64,000 nt of DNA from the human T2T-CHM13v2.0 reference genome, Homo sapiens, in assembly GCA_009914755.4 (NCBI GenBank), contig CP068257.2, positions 30,688,001 to 30,752,000 on the forward strand, written 5' to 3'. Position numbers and translations under genes: made by a program. This document shows, in pieces, positions 25,110 through 36,420 of the stretch. Every line of letters starts with the position of its first letter. Positions within the stretch are counted from its first letter, which is position 1. The notes beneath the pieces were generated by a model. The model did not search any database, was not told the origin of the DNA, and worked only from the letters and a program-made list of their open reading frames with translations.

Positions 25110-26250
25110 ATTTTATGAGTGGTAGAGGAGAGTGGACATCATACAGTAGAATTCTACTCAGCAACAAAAAGTAAGAAACTACTTATTCCCACCACATGGA
25201 TGAATCTGGAAAGCATCACTGAACTTAAAGAAGTGAAACGCATCACAGTTGACACACTATATGATTATACTGCACGGTTCCAAGTATACAAAGGTCTCAA
25301 ACAGGCAAAACAACCTCAGGGTTACAGAAATCAAAAGAGTGGTTGCTTTGGAGGGAAGGGGATTTTGAGAAGATGCACAAGAAACTTTCTGGGATGATGA
25401 AAATCTTCTTGGATAGGAATGTGGGGTACACAGATACATGAAGTACACATATTTCTGTATATTTCAAAATATGTAAACTTACCTCAATTAAAAGAAAAGG
25501 CAGGTAAGGAGGGAGGCAACCCTCTAAAAGAGCCCAGTCTGTCATTCCATCATCAAGCCACCCACTGGATGGAGAGGAATAATGGCCAAATATCTCTAAA
25601 TTTTGTGAAAACTATAAACCTACAGACCACGAAGCTCACTGAACCCAAAGTACAAGAAACTTGAATAAAACTACCCTGAAGTGTATCATTATCAAACTGC
25701 TTTAAACCATGTAAAAAAAAAAAAATCCTAAAATCAGTCAGAGAAAGAAGACACAACACACAGAGAAACAAAGGCAAGAAAGGCAAGTTTCTTACTGGAA
25801 GCAAAGCAGGCCAGAAGACAGAAAAGCAACAAGTTTGAAATACTTAAAGGAGGAAAAAACTATCAACATAGAATTTTATACCCAGTGAAACTTCCCAACT
25901 TGTTTTATAAGGCCAGCATTACTTAATCCTTAAGACCAAAGACATTGCAGGAAAATAAAATTACAAATATCCCTCATGGACACAGATGCAAAAATTCTTA
26001 ATGAAATATTAACAAATCAAACAATATATAAAAATAACACATCAAAATCAAGCAGGCTTATCCCAGGAATGCAAGGTTGGTTTAACATTCAAAAATTTGT
26101 TAATATAATTCATCTTATTGGTAGACTAATCAAAAAACAAGACATTATACAACATCTTGAAATGGAAAAAAGCACTTGACAAAAAGCATTTGACAAAATC
26201 CAAACATCCATTCCTGATAAAAGATGGTTCATCAATTCTGGGGTTATCCA
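25110..26250 (+). mobile_element. Two L1 fragments in reversed order: the 3' terminal region at 25110-25510, then the ORF1-end to ORF2-start region at 25600-26250
   Basis: The first resembles the L1 3' end (tactcagcaacaaaaagtaagaaactacttattcccaccacatggatgaatctggaaagcatcactgaacttaaagaagtgaaacgcatcacag ... tacctcaattaaaag). The second resembles the ORF1 end and ORF2 start (ctgccactctgccccagacac..., gcaaggttggtttaacattcaaaaatttgttaatataattcatc... aaaagcatttgacaaaatccaaacatccattcctgataaaag). Confidence 0.55.
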
Positions 26251-26401
26251 GTATCTGCCACTCTGCCCCAGACACAGCCCCTCTCATTTCCTACAGGGCC
26301 ATATTCATGCCACCTGGCTTGAAATGCATCTATAGCTTGGTTTGTCTAGCATACTCTTTCCCACAGAAATTTAATCTGGATCTCTAAGAAAAGACACTTA
26401 C

Positions 26402-26588
26402 CAACAACGCATTTAATCTAAGCAGCATTTCCTTCTCCTGATTCTGAGTATTATCATCATCTTGCTGTCCACCACTGAAAGACACGATCAGCCACTTCAC
26501 ACAGGACTCCAAAAGGGTCCTTCTCCAGGCACACAGCTCTTCTGCTGACCCTTCCAGAGCTGCTGAAATGGAGTCGGCCACGATCCAC
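26402..26588 (-). CDS. Coding exon: (R)WIVADSISAALEGSAEELCAWRRTLLESCVKWLIVSFSGGQQDDDNTQNQEKEMLLRLNALL
   Basis: Acceptor tctcatctcctgctgcag|G (AG 26589-26590) and donor GTTGTTG|gtaagt (GT 26400-26401). 187 nt, single open frame (minus ORF 26384-26581). Confidence 0.85.
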
Positions 26589-26825
26589 CTGCAGCAGGAG
26601 ATGAGAGTCAGAGACAGAGAGCAGGTTTAAATCCTTCTGACTTTACGTATAATCCAGCATCACAAAGAGCCATATGGGATAGATGCTGAGTCCTGCTCCC
26701 CACACTACCCACTCACAGGAATCACAGGCTTCCCTGGACTCTTACTCAAATGCCAAAGATATACCAAAATTTTTACAAGCAAGGGAAATACTATTAGTAC
26801 ACCAGGAAAAGGACACGTATGTCCA

Positions 26826-27010
26826 GACTTTTTCTAAATCAGGGTTTCTCAACCTCAGTGCTACTGACATTATGGGACAGATAATTCTACCCTTTAGAAG
26901 CCAGAAGCAACACCCTCTCATCCTAGTTGTGACAATAAAAGATGTCAGACATTGTCAATTGTCCCCTGGGAGAAAATCACCCCCAGCTGAGATCCATGGC
27001 TCTCAGGGAA
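26826..27010 (+). mobile_element. MER-type DNA-transposon (MITE-like) fragment, homologous to the copy at 56487-56700
   Basis: cagggtttctcaacctcagtgctactgacattatgggacagataattct ... agttgtgacaataaaagatgtcagacattgtcaattgtcccctgggagaaaatcacccccagctgaga. The motif block is shared with 56487-56700. The family assignment comes from memory of the 'gtgacaaccaaaaatgtctccagacattgccaaatgtcccctggggg' motif. Confidence 0.5.
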
Positions 27011-27205
27011 CCCGACCCAGCCATCTACTTGTGGAGATGTACAAGCTCCAGGCAGGATGGCTGGAAGTAGAGTTCTCATAGGAACTGCCTGATCACAGAT
27101 GGGGCACAACAGTAATGCAGCAGTTTTTCAATGACTTACTCTATGAATTAAAAAAAAAATGACACCGAGAGTGGAACATCCTGCAACCAACCTGAGCCTT
27201 CATAC

Positions 27206-27407
27206 CTCTTGTGACTGCTTGGGGTGTGAAGCAAGCTGGGCAGGCGGTCCATGAGTACACTGAGATCCTTGGCTCGTGCAAACGGGACCAGCTGTGCCAG
27301 GATCTCCTGGTACAGCCCAGATGCTGGGGGACTGTCAGTGCTAAGAAGCCTGCTCTGTAGCTGCCTCCACAGGGTCTTCCTCAAGACAGGAATGACAGCA
27401 GAAGACA
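27206..27407 (-). CDS. Coding exon: (V)SSAVIPVLRKTLWRQLQSRLLSTDSPPASGLYQEILAQLVPFARAKDLSVLMDRLPSLLHTPSSHK
   Basis: Acceptor tctctgccctag|TG (AG 27408-27409; an alternative cttgag|G lies at 27380-27381). Donor CACAAGAG|gtatga (GT 27204-27205). 202 nt. The phase matches the end of the 856-bp exon. Confidence 0.8.
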
Positions 27408-27749
27408 CTAGGGCAGAGATACAAAGGAGAAGTCATCACACCCAATGGTGGGCTGCAGCCAGCTTGGACCAGCTCCTAGGAACTGGTTGCTATATTTTAG
27501 GTATCCTGTGACCCTGGTGATGCCACACCGGTGGCCTGAAATTGGTCACGGCAGGAGTACTGACACCATGGAAACTGGCACACCTGTCTCCTTCAAGGGT
27601 CCTCCCCTATCTCATCAGTCAACACTCTTGATGGATACTCTTCAACACAGGGGGCCCTGGCTATAGATGCTATTTCTAAGCTCATGATGAGACCATGAGT
27701 GCCAAGGTTCTCAATTCATATGGGATTCATTCTTCAAAGCCATGGAATA

Positions 27750-28180
27750 GGGAGGGTAGCTGCTATGGTTTGGATGTCTGTCCCCTCCAAATCTCATGTT
27801 GAAATGTGATCTCCAGTGTTGGAGGTGGGGTCTAATGGGAGGTGTTTGGGTCATGGAGGCAGGTCCCTCATGAATGGCTTGGTGCAGTCCTTGTGGTAGA
27901 GTGAATGAGTTCTGGCTCACCCTATTAGTTCCCAGAGTGCCAGGTGTTAAAAAGAGCCTGCCACCTCCTGTGCCTCTTGCTTCCCCTCTGGCCGTGTGAT
28001 CTCTGCAGAGCTGGCTCCGCTTTTTCTTCCACCATGAGTGGAAGCAGCCTGAGGCCCTCACAAGAAGCAGACGCTAGCTCCTTGCTTCCTGTACAGCCTG
28101 CAGACGCATGGGCCAAATAAGCCTCTTTTCTTTATAAATCACTCATCCTCAGGTCTTCCGTTATACCAATGTTAAATGGA
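27750..28180 (+). mobile_element. MaLR (THE1/MST-family) solo LTR
   Basis: gctatggtttggatgtctgtcccctccaaatctcatgttgaaatgtgatctccagtgttggaggtggggtctaatgggaggtgtttgggtcatggaggcaggtccctcatgaatggcttggtgc ... ccaaataagcctcttttctttataaatcactcatcctcaggtc. Confidence 0.8.
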
Positions 28181-28787
28181 CTATGACTAGAAGACTTGCA
28201 GGGCACTGTCTTACTTTTTAAAACCTCTGTCATCAATGATAGGAAGTTATGCAAAACAGAGGCAAAGTGGTGAGTAAAAATCACCCATGCATTCAACAAA
28301 AGGGAATTACATTAAATTTGGGGTAATTGAAAAGTGCCTCAGCTCTGAAACCCAGTGAGTGGAGACAGAAGAGAGAGCTGAACCCAGGCTGCCTCGACTC
28401 AACATCAACTCATCAACATCTCCCCAGAGGGCAGGGAACCCTGGGACATGGGATGGATTGGCACCCAAGAACTCCTTCAACGTAACAGGACAGCCCTAAA
28501 TAACCCCCGCTACTGTACCCAACTCCCGCCAGCTTCATGTGGGGGAACTCAGACCTGATGGGGCACAATGGGCTGTGCCTCAAGCCACAAAGTAGGGAGA
28601 CTGAAGGGAGACAGGGTACTGGGGAGAATTACTCCACCTTTCTCCATCTTCAGAGTTGTGTCAGACACTGGAAACTAACCCACATCCCAGAACCTGAATT
28701 TCTAGGGTTTAAAAATGGCCATGCAGTTCACCTTCTTAGCCCGTGCAACTTAAGACCCCAGCTGCCCAAAGCTAGCCTTTCCCTTAC

Positions 28788-29643
28788 CTCCTGCTGGGCG
28801 TGTGAAGTGGCTCCGTGTCCTGCACTGGAGGTACACATGGATGAGGGGAAGGAAGTCGTCCAGGTCCCCCTGGAGGCCGAGCCCTGGGCCAGCCTGCAGG
28901 CACCACTGCTCGAACCACAGCAGGTGGGTGCAGCTCTCCTGGAGGAGCAGGGCAGCGATGCTGAGGGCCGCCTGTGTGCGCCGGGCCAGGCAGTAGTCAA
29001 GCAGATCAGCCCCGACTGCGGGGGCCAGCACAGGGTCTCTCTGCAGAGTGTGGAGGAGCACTGTGTCCAGCTCGTCCACTGCTAGCGTGGGCAGCAGAGC
29101 CCCCAGGCCTCTCACATACTCGGAGGACCACAGGAGCTCACCACTCTGCAGCTGATCCTGGGGGCTGCAGGTCAGCAGCTGCACCAGGGTCTTTCCAAGA
29201 GCATTCAGGTGTCTTTCTTTCCCGGGGGATTTCGTGGGTTGCTGGGTCACCAGGTGTGTCTCAGGCAGGCTCAGCAAGGCCAGGGTGACCTCACGGAGCT
29301 GGGCACCCTCCATGTATGGATGCAGCTCCTGCAGGGCCTCCAGCTGCGGCGGGGTCTTTGGTGGTGATGTGGCCGGGCCCGCCCTCCTGTTCTGAAGTTC
29401 CTTCAGCACACTCTGGGTGATGGCCTCTGAGTACCTGGCCAGAAGGCCCAGCTGCCCAATGTTCTGGAGGATCGGGGCACTTGCTGCCAGCAGCTGAAGG
29501 ACCCCTGCACTAAAGTGGGTGGCCAGGAGCTTCACGAGGACAGGGCTGAGCGTGTGCGGCGGGAGGGCCTGCTGCTCCAGGGCCAGGAACCAGCCCTCCA
29601 GGGTGGGGTGCCTGAGGATGGCCACAAGCACCTCCTCCAGCGT
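28788..29643 (-). CDS. Very long (856 bp) internal coding exon encoding about 285 aa: TLEEVLVAILRHPTLEGWFLALEQQALPPHTLSPVLVKLLATHFSAGVLQLLAASAPILQNIGQLGLLARYSEAITQSVLKELQNRRAGPATSPPKTPPQLEALQELHPYMEGAQLREVTLALLSLPETHLVTQQPTKSPGKERHLNALGKTLVQLLTCSPQDQLQSGELLWSSEYVRGLGALLPTLAVDELDTVLLHTLQRDPVLAPAVGADLLDYCLARRTQAALSIAALLLQESCTHLLWFEQWCLQAGPGLGLQGDLDDFLPLIHVYLQCRTRSHFTRPAG
   Basis: Minus ORF 28750-29631 (293 aa). Acceptor cctttcag|ACGCTG (AG 29644-29645) and donor GCAGGAG|gtaaggg (GT 28786-28787). Leucine-rich helical-repeat composition. Phase 0 start and phase 1 end, consistent with both neighbouring exons. Confidence 0.9.
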
Positions 29644-31135
29644 CTGAAAGGCAGTGACGAGGCACAGACGTCACATAGAGCACAGGGCTAAGACAGGGGC
29701 GGCAGCTGCCACGCAAGTATTCACTGTTGTTAGCGAGACAGAGAGCAGAAGGCCCCTTTCCTAATCCATTCCATCCTCAAGCCTACATTTCCATGCCCAC
29801 CTCGGGGTGCCCAAGGCATCGCAGCCAAGCCCAGCCAGAGCTGTCATCCAGTTATACCACAATCGCCTGAGACACTCCACCTGCCCCGGAAGGACTGGAC
29901 TGTGACCTGGCTGGTGCCCCACCCACATTTGCGAGCACGTGTCTGAAGAACCCAGCCTGGGTGAATTTCCAGCATGGGAAAAGTGCTCTCTATGGTCACT
30001 CAGTGTGGGGGGCGGGCCGTGCAGAAACACCACCATGTGAGTAAGATCAATCAGCTGCTGGCTTCTCCTCAGCGGCCTTGCCCTCCTAGATAAATCTGGT
30101 TGAGGGACAGGGGTGTCTACTTACAGCTGGGGTGATGTCAGTTTAGATGAGACCATGTGTCCGGGGAAAGTGGGTTGGGATTAAACCACCGTGTGTCTAC
30201 GATCCTGAATTGAAAGTAATCCTGTCTCCACTGTCAGGAGGAGACTGGGCCTTGAGTGACCCCACAAAACCCCCAAACTAGTTCTGACCTGGCCAACTGA
30301 GTAAACATTGAGCAGAATGCAGTTGAGCTCCCTTGCTGGATTAGAGAATAATTTCATTCAGTCATTCCTCACAGCCCTGCTGAACCGATTCCTCGCCAAC
30401 GACACTCCACCAGTTCCCAGAGACAGAAAGAAATTTTCTTTCCTTATTTATTCTTAGGGAAGGAAAGAGGAGCCTATCACAGTCTCCACTCAAGCTTTAC
30501 CAGTTAAAAACAGCAAAGCACGATTACATATTGAGAATGCTTTGCCTCACGCTGACTGGCTAATAATAGGTGGTCCCACCCAAGAAAATACCTCCCAGAA
30601 AGGCAACTCAGAGCTCAAAGGAAAAAAGTGTATATTTCAATTAGATTGTGCAACAAGGAACGTGTCTGCCTCCTGAACCCGGTAAAACAGGTTACATGGC
30701 AAACTGTGAAATAGTCATCTTGGCCCCAATTAAACAGCCTGCTTCCCAAGACTCCCAACAGGACAGAAAGGCTGCTGCTTCTCAGAGCAGTCTATTTCCT
30801 GTGTGTATTTCCTGTGAAAAGCAGCACCTGCTGCCCACCTTTCACTCAACACAAGCTGCAGCTATTCACACTGTTTCTCAGCAGGCTCACCTCACACAGC
30901 GTGAGAGAAAGCTGTCTGCAGGGAGGGTGACTGTACACAGAAAAGCAACGGGAAAGAGAAGCCCAAATTAAACCGCACGCTGGGCGGGTGCCAGGAAGTT
31001 TTTATGATCTCTGCTGTAGTTTCTGCATTTCCCAATTTTCCCACAATGGACCTATGTTTGTTTTTAATCAGAAGTGAAGAGAAAGCCACTGCCCATGACT
31101 CTGAGAATAGGCTACCAGGCAACCTGTGGCGGTAC

Positions 31136-31315
31136 CTGATCATTGGCCAACTCCAGCGAGGCCACGGACTCCATGTCCAGGAAGAGGTCGGCTTCGGCCC
31201 GGGCGGCCTCGCATCTCTGCTGGTTCTGGGCATCCAGCTGCTCACAGTGGACAACCAGGCGCCTGAGGAGATCCAGGAAGAGCTGCAGGAGGGGCGGGCC
31301 CACACTTCTGCCCAG
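31136..31315 (-). CDS. Coding exon: LGRSVGPPLLQLFLDLLRRLVVHCEQLDAQNQQRCEAARAEADLFLDMESVASLELANDQ
   Basis: Acceptor gtcctcacag|CTGGGC (AG 31316-31317) and donor GATCAG|gtaccgcc (GT 31134-31135). 180 nt, phase 0 to phase 0 (minus ORF 31112-31333). Confidence 0.85.
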
Positions 31316-31639
31316 CTGTGAGGACAAGAGCACGAGCCTCAGCAGGGAAGAGACGGGTTCACAGCCACCAGGCAGTGACTTCCAGGGCCCGTGTTTTCAG
31401 AGCAGGAGACTCGGGAGGCAGGCTGAGATGGCAACTCCTCACAGAGTGTGTGAGACACCCATCAATGCAATGCCATTTCTCAAATAAGAGATGTGTCTTC
31501 CTAAGCCTTGGTGAAACACAAAGGTTGTTTTGACTAAACTGAAAGGGACAGGCCCACCTCAAAACTTAAAAATCCCTTGAACCACATCAGGAACAGAAAT
31601 TCATCAGCCAGTTACTAAATTAATACACTTAAGAGGGAG

Positions 31640-31971
31640 GGCTGGGCCAGGCTCAGTGGCTCACGCCTGTAATCCCAGCACTTCGGGAGGCTGTGGCGGG
31701 TATATCACCTGAGGTCAGGAGTTCAAGACCAGCCTGGCCAACATGGCGAAACCCCATCTCTACTAAAAATACAAAAATTAGCCAGGCGTGTTGGTGTGCA
31801 CTTGTTATCCCAGCTACTAGGGAGGCTGACGGTTGCAGTGAGCTGAGGGTTGCTGTTGAGGGTTCAACAGCTTGAACCCGGGAGGCAGAGGTTGCAGTGA
31901 GCCAAGATCCTGCCATTGCACTCCATCCTGGGCAACAAGAGCGAAACTCTGTCTCAGAAAAAAAAAAAAAA
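31640..31971 (+). mobile_element. Alu SINE with an internal duplication, plus poly-A
   Basis: ggctgggccaggctcagtggctcacgcctgtaatcccagcacttcgggaggc ... aaaaaaaaaaaaaa. Confidence 0.9.
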
Positions 31972-31982
31972 GAGGGAGGGAG

Positions 31983-32261
31983 GGCTGGGTGCGGTGGCTC
32001 ATGCCTGCAATCCCAGCACTGTGGGAGGCTGAGGCAGGCAGATCACTGTGAGCCCAGGAGTTTGAGACCAGCCTGACCAACATGGTGAGAACCCATCTCT
32101 TCAAAAAACACAAAAATTAGCTGGGAATGGTGGTGCATGCCTGTAGTCCCAGCTACTTGAAAGGCTGAGAGGTTGGAGGGTGGCTTGAGTCCACTGAGGT
32201 CAAGGCTGTAGTGAGCTATGATGCGCCACTGCACTCCAGACTTGGTGACAAAAAAAACAAA
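31983..32261 (+). mobile_element. Alu SINE
   Basis: ggctgggtgcggtggctcatgcctgcaatcccagcactgtgggaggctgaggcaggcagatcac ... Confidence 0.9.
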
Positions 32262-32535
32262 GGCCCGGCAGGGCTGCCAACCCATTCTACTGTAGGAAGG
32301 GCTCTGTCTTGACCAGGCTGCCCTGAAAACAAAGTCAGGCTGACCTGGCTCCCATGGGCAGGGCTGAGGGACATGAAGAGTTTGCAGCTGAGGTCTGGAC
32401 AGAACAGCACTTAAACTGCCTCTGCAGTGAGTTCCAGGGAGCAAGAGTGTGCTGGGCTGTGGGCCCGACTCAGAGAAGGCTTAGCTCTCTGGTGGCAGAG
32501 CTCTGAAGCCTGTGGAGGATGGGGGCAACGCTGAC

Positions 32536-32754
32536 CTGGCCGAAGTTCTCCACAGTGCTCCGCAGGTAGAGCAACACCTGCTTGGCCGCGAGCAGGACCT
32601 GCTGCATGGACAGGTGTGGCATGGTGGCCTGCAGCTGCACCTGGATGTGCTCGTCCCGAAGCGCTTGGCTCTCGTAGGCTGCCTGCAGCAGGGCTGTGAA
32701 GGACGAGGCCAAGGGAAGGGCAGGGGGCGAGGGGCTGCCCTGTGCCTGCAGCAG
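32536..32754 (-). CDS. Coding exon: LLQAQGSPSPPALPLASSFTALLQAAYESQALRDEHIQVQLQATMPHLSMQQVLLAAKQVLLYLRSTVENFGQ
   Basis: Acceptor ctgtctccctcag|CTGCTG (AG 32755-32756) and donor GGCCAG|gtcagc (GT 32534-32535). 219 nt, phase 0 to phase 0. Three overlapping minus ORFs in the track are alternate frames of this GC-rich exon. Confidence 0.85.
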
Positions 32755-34541
32755 CTGAGGGAGACAGCAAAAGGCCGGGGAAGAGAAAGACACATCACCA
32801 CAGATGAAAACGGTCATAGGCACAGGTAACACACAACAAACGGACATTTCACAAAGAAGCACATGCTGAGATAAGACTAACGAATACGGGACCGTGTGGC
32901 ATTTTACTTCAGTAGAGTAAGTTCTCGTACCATGTCATGCGTACTTTCCTAGAGCGTTTCCACTGACCACATGTGAAGGCCCAAATTCATGCTGCATCTA
33001 CACCCCTTGGAGAACAAGGCAGAAGCCTGTCCCACAGGCAGGAGCCACGTGTGACAGAGGCAGGATGTGAATCACAAGAATCACTAGAAAGGGGGAAATC
33101 AGCCCACAGAGAAGCCCGCTCTGCGAGTGGCCTGCCTTCGGAAGACCTTCCCCAGGAGCTGCGGGTCGAATATCTTGTTAGAAGGACAGAAGATGGGCAG
33201 AACACAGAGAAATTTCTGGAGCCCTTCTGCCTCAAACTGAAGTTATTCATTTCTTCTAACATTACTACCAAGCTGCCTTCTTTATTTACTCCACGTGGCT
33301 TATGTTGCTATAATTCCATTTGACTTCCTTAGGCTAATAAAACCCAAGGCTGTAACATGCCCTGAAACTTGGTGGTTGTCAGTGTTCCCCAGGCCTGCAG
33401 CAGCATGTGTGAAATGCAAATTCTCAGGCTCCACCCAGACCTGCCGGGCCAGACACTGTGGCTGGAACCCGGCAGTCCAGTTTGAAAAGGCCCTCTGGGG
33501 AATTCCGACACACCTTGGAGGGTGAGAACCACTGCTAAGTCTTATTCCACAGAAGGTGGACACCCACTCCAAGCAACCACGAGGGGCAGGACAGAACCTC
33601 TAATACTGCCACATAAGTTGCTGTCTGGCTATCACTGTGGCCTACGTGTGGGGGAAGGTGGCAACATTATGGGTCAGGGCTCTGGAGCCAGACTGCCTGG
33701 GCCAAATCCTGACTCCGCCACTGACTGGTGTTGGAACCGCTCTGGGCCTCGGTTTCCCCATATGCATAAAGGATGGTGAGAGTCCCGGCCTACTTCTCAG
33801 AGTTACAGTAAGGATTAAACGGCCAAAAATACACATAGTACACTTAGTACAGGACCCGGTATGCCTCCAAAAAACACACAGAAAACATGCAATCGCTGTT
33901 GGCTATTGCTACCAATATCACAAGATAAGGAGGGTCTAAACTGACTGCTTTTTCGAATGCAGCTAAAATGAAATGAATGCACAAAAATGCATACCACAAA
34001 TTTCGTGCCCCACACAGCATTGTAAATACCCTGCACATTGGAGCCAGAATCCCATTAAGAGAATGTAGTCCCCAGCAAAAGAAAATATACTTTTTCCTTT
34101 CCTTCCCCAACTTTAACAGAAGAGACCCTGCTGGAGGCCTTGAGGGGCCATGTGTGACAGCTGAGCACAGTTTGTCTAGGGCCATGCTAAGGTCCGCAGA
34201 GGAGAGCCAGGAGACAAGCACGCACAGATAACAAGGTAAGGAAAAAAAGGAAGAGGCAACGCTCCTGCCCCAGGCTGGAAGAGGAATTAACCTATTATCA
34301 TTATCAGGGAGCCAATGGGGAATTTAATTTGGCTGCATCACTGAGTCCTGTGTGTTCAGTTATGTTAGCTGAGCACCAGGGATACTACTTAGCTTCCTCT
34401 CTTATGCAGGGGACTTTAGGGTAAGAAATTTCACCCTGCAGGCTGTCTGGCTACCCAACTGCACAGCTGTGGCCCAGCCAGCTGGGACCCTGGGAAGAAC
34501 CCTGCACAGCAGCAGTGACCACAGCTGTGGCTGCAGCTCAC

Positions 34542-34738
34542 CCAGGCCTCTCGGGCTTGCTCCGGGATCCAGAGGCTGTAGTATCTGTTAAACCGTGAGA
34601 GCTGCTGGCAGCAAGGCACCAGGCATGGAGGCTCAAGCTTATCATATGCCTGGAGCAGGAGACACAGAGCCAGGGGGTCCCTCTGGGTGTGGAGGAGGTC
34701 AGTCAGCACTGCCGTCAGATATGTCACAACGTTTTCCG
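34542..34738 (-). CDS. Coding exon: (A)ENVVTYLTAVLTDLLHTQRDPLALCLLLQAYDKLEPPCLVPCCQQLSRFNRYYSLWIPEQAREAW
   Basis: Acceptor tctcgttcctttgcag|CG (AG 34739-34740) and donor GCCTGG|gtgagctgc (GT 34540-34541). 197 nt, within minus ORF 34431-34820. Confidence 0.85.
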
Positions 34739-35764
34739 CTGCAAAGGAACGAGATGCATATGGGAAGAGGCTGGCTGGGCCCACCCTTCTGTGACCTACC
34801 AACACCACCTTCTTCCACATACAGGCAAGACCCTGAAAAATTCATGCAACTCCATGAGGGGACACATAACCACAGGGAAGGAATTGCTACTACTGGAGAC
34901 TGTACTAGGCTCTGTTTTATTAAACATATACAGCAAAGTCAGACATCCACTCCCGAGGCCCAGGAGTGAAGACCCAGGCATGTAAAAGGCCAGGCAAAAG
35001 CTACCTGGGACCAGGACTTGCTAGGTGCTCACCAATCCGTTTACTGTGCCTCGGCACACAAGCCTCTCTTGCGTGTAGGCTGGGACCACATGCCTGGTTA
35101 GTCACTTCCAGGCCATAACACCCCTTGCTTGACTGTCCACCCTTTCCAGTTCCCTTTCCATGGTGATCTTGGAAGCCATAAATTGAGATGGCATAGCTAC
35201 AAAACGGGAGCAGCCTGAATCCCTGACCAACCTCCTAAAGGACAGCCAACCAGAAGAGCCACCTGGCCTGTACTGGACCACAGCATGGTCTAGAAACAGA
35301 CCCTTATTTATTAAACTACTGACAAGTCAGGGCTTATTTGTTACTGCAGCAAAGCCTGAGTTCTCCCAACCAATCATGCTACTATAATCTGTGAGCACTT
35401 CCTTGGGTCTAAGTTGCCTGGAAAATCCAACAAGTATGAAGGATTCATCCTCTACATCAACGTATCAAGAATAAATGTTGACGAAAAAACATCAACGTTA
35501 CAGAGGCTGTCTGGGCAGCCAGGCAAACACATTATTTCAGACTCATGCTCAAATGACCAATTTCCCAAAAGCCTAGCCAGCCCCAAGATCCCTCCCACTG
35601 TGCTCCTAGCTCTGCTGGCTGGGTAGCTATCACTCTGGGGGTTCTGACCTCCTATTGCCCTGGATTCTCAGCAATTGATCCCAGAGCCCCTGGAATCCCA
35701 CCTCCCACCCTGCACAGACTAGCTGGCCAGGTGCAGCCAAGACATCCTGACTATACATAGGTAC

Positions 35765-35935
35765 CTGCTTCATTGCCTGTCCCAAGGAGCAACTTATTCC
35801 TGGCTTCCAGGGCCGCAGGGACTACCGCACTGAATGGGAACGTGAGCAGGATCATGTCTTCACTCAACGTGAACCCTATTTCCTCATCCAAGCCTTCACT
35901 GCCCTCCACCAGGACATCCACCATGTCGAGAACAT
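35765..35935 (-). CDS. Coding exon: (D)VLDMVDVLVEGSEGLDEEIGFTLSEDMILLTFPFSAVVPAALEARNKLLLGTGNEA. The acidic segment suggests a flexible linker.
   Basis: Donor GAAGCAG|gtacctatg (GT 35763-35764). The acceptor chosen is ttctcctctttctgtctcag|AT (AG 35936-35937) because it is phase-compatible with the upstream exon 36691-36829. A second strong acceptor, gtatttgcag|T at 35989-35990, would add ETLQWLSHQLDSPLSVS but breaks phase. Minus ORF 35751-36071. Confidence 0.75.
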
Positions 35936-36239
35936 CTGAGACAGAAAGAGGAGAATCCAGCTGATGTGAGAGCCACTGAAGGGTTTCACTGCAAATACCC
36001 ACAGGGAGGCAGAAGCAGAATACGTGCAAAAAGAAAAAAGCCAAATTCCTCTTGGGGGGAGCATTTAACATAGTTTGACCCTAAACAGACAAAAACATTG
36101 CCTATGAAATCTTTTGTATCTTTGTCTGATAAAATGCAGGATATTCAGCTGAGGTGGTAATAGGTTGAAGTTTCCTCAAGTGACACAAGAAGCCCAGGAA
36201 CTTTAACCCAGATATTCAGGCAAACAAGCCAAAATCTGA

Positions 36240-36420
36240 GAGGCAAAATAGTGTGAGGGTTAAAGCACAGGCCAGAGCCAGAGTACCTGCGTTCTAATCC
36301 TGACTTTGCTATGTAGTAGCTGTATGAGCTTGAGCAAGTTATTATACTAAACCTCTCTGTGCCCCAGCCGCTTTATCTCTATATAAAATGAGTAGAATAA
36401 TAATACTCTTTTCTCTTGGG
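36240..36420 (+). mobile_element. MIR SINE fragment
   Basis: ggccagagccagagtacctgcgttctaatcctgactttgctatgtagtagctgtatgagcttgagcaagttattatactaaacctctctgtgccccagccgctttatctctatataaaatgagtagaataataatac matches the MIR core. Confidence 0.7.

Noticed and set aside
28537-29085. Plus-strand ORF of 182 aa antisense to the 856-bp exon (and the other overlapping ORFs at 28728-29000, 28802-28996, 28974-29288)
   Set aside because: GC-rich coding exons commonly leave antisense and off-frame ORFs open. This one has no splice-site support and repetitive Ala/Pro/Gly/Arg composition. It is a by-product of the minus-strand exon.
36220-36420. Possible missing small exon in the 700-bp intron between 35989 and 36690, which would explain the phase conflict at the upstream acceptor of exon 35765-35935
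   Set aside because: That interval is largely a MIR element and I found no acceptor/donor pair with an open frame. Using the downstream acceptor at 35936-35937 is the simpler explanation.
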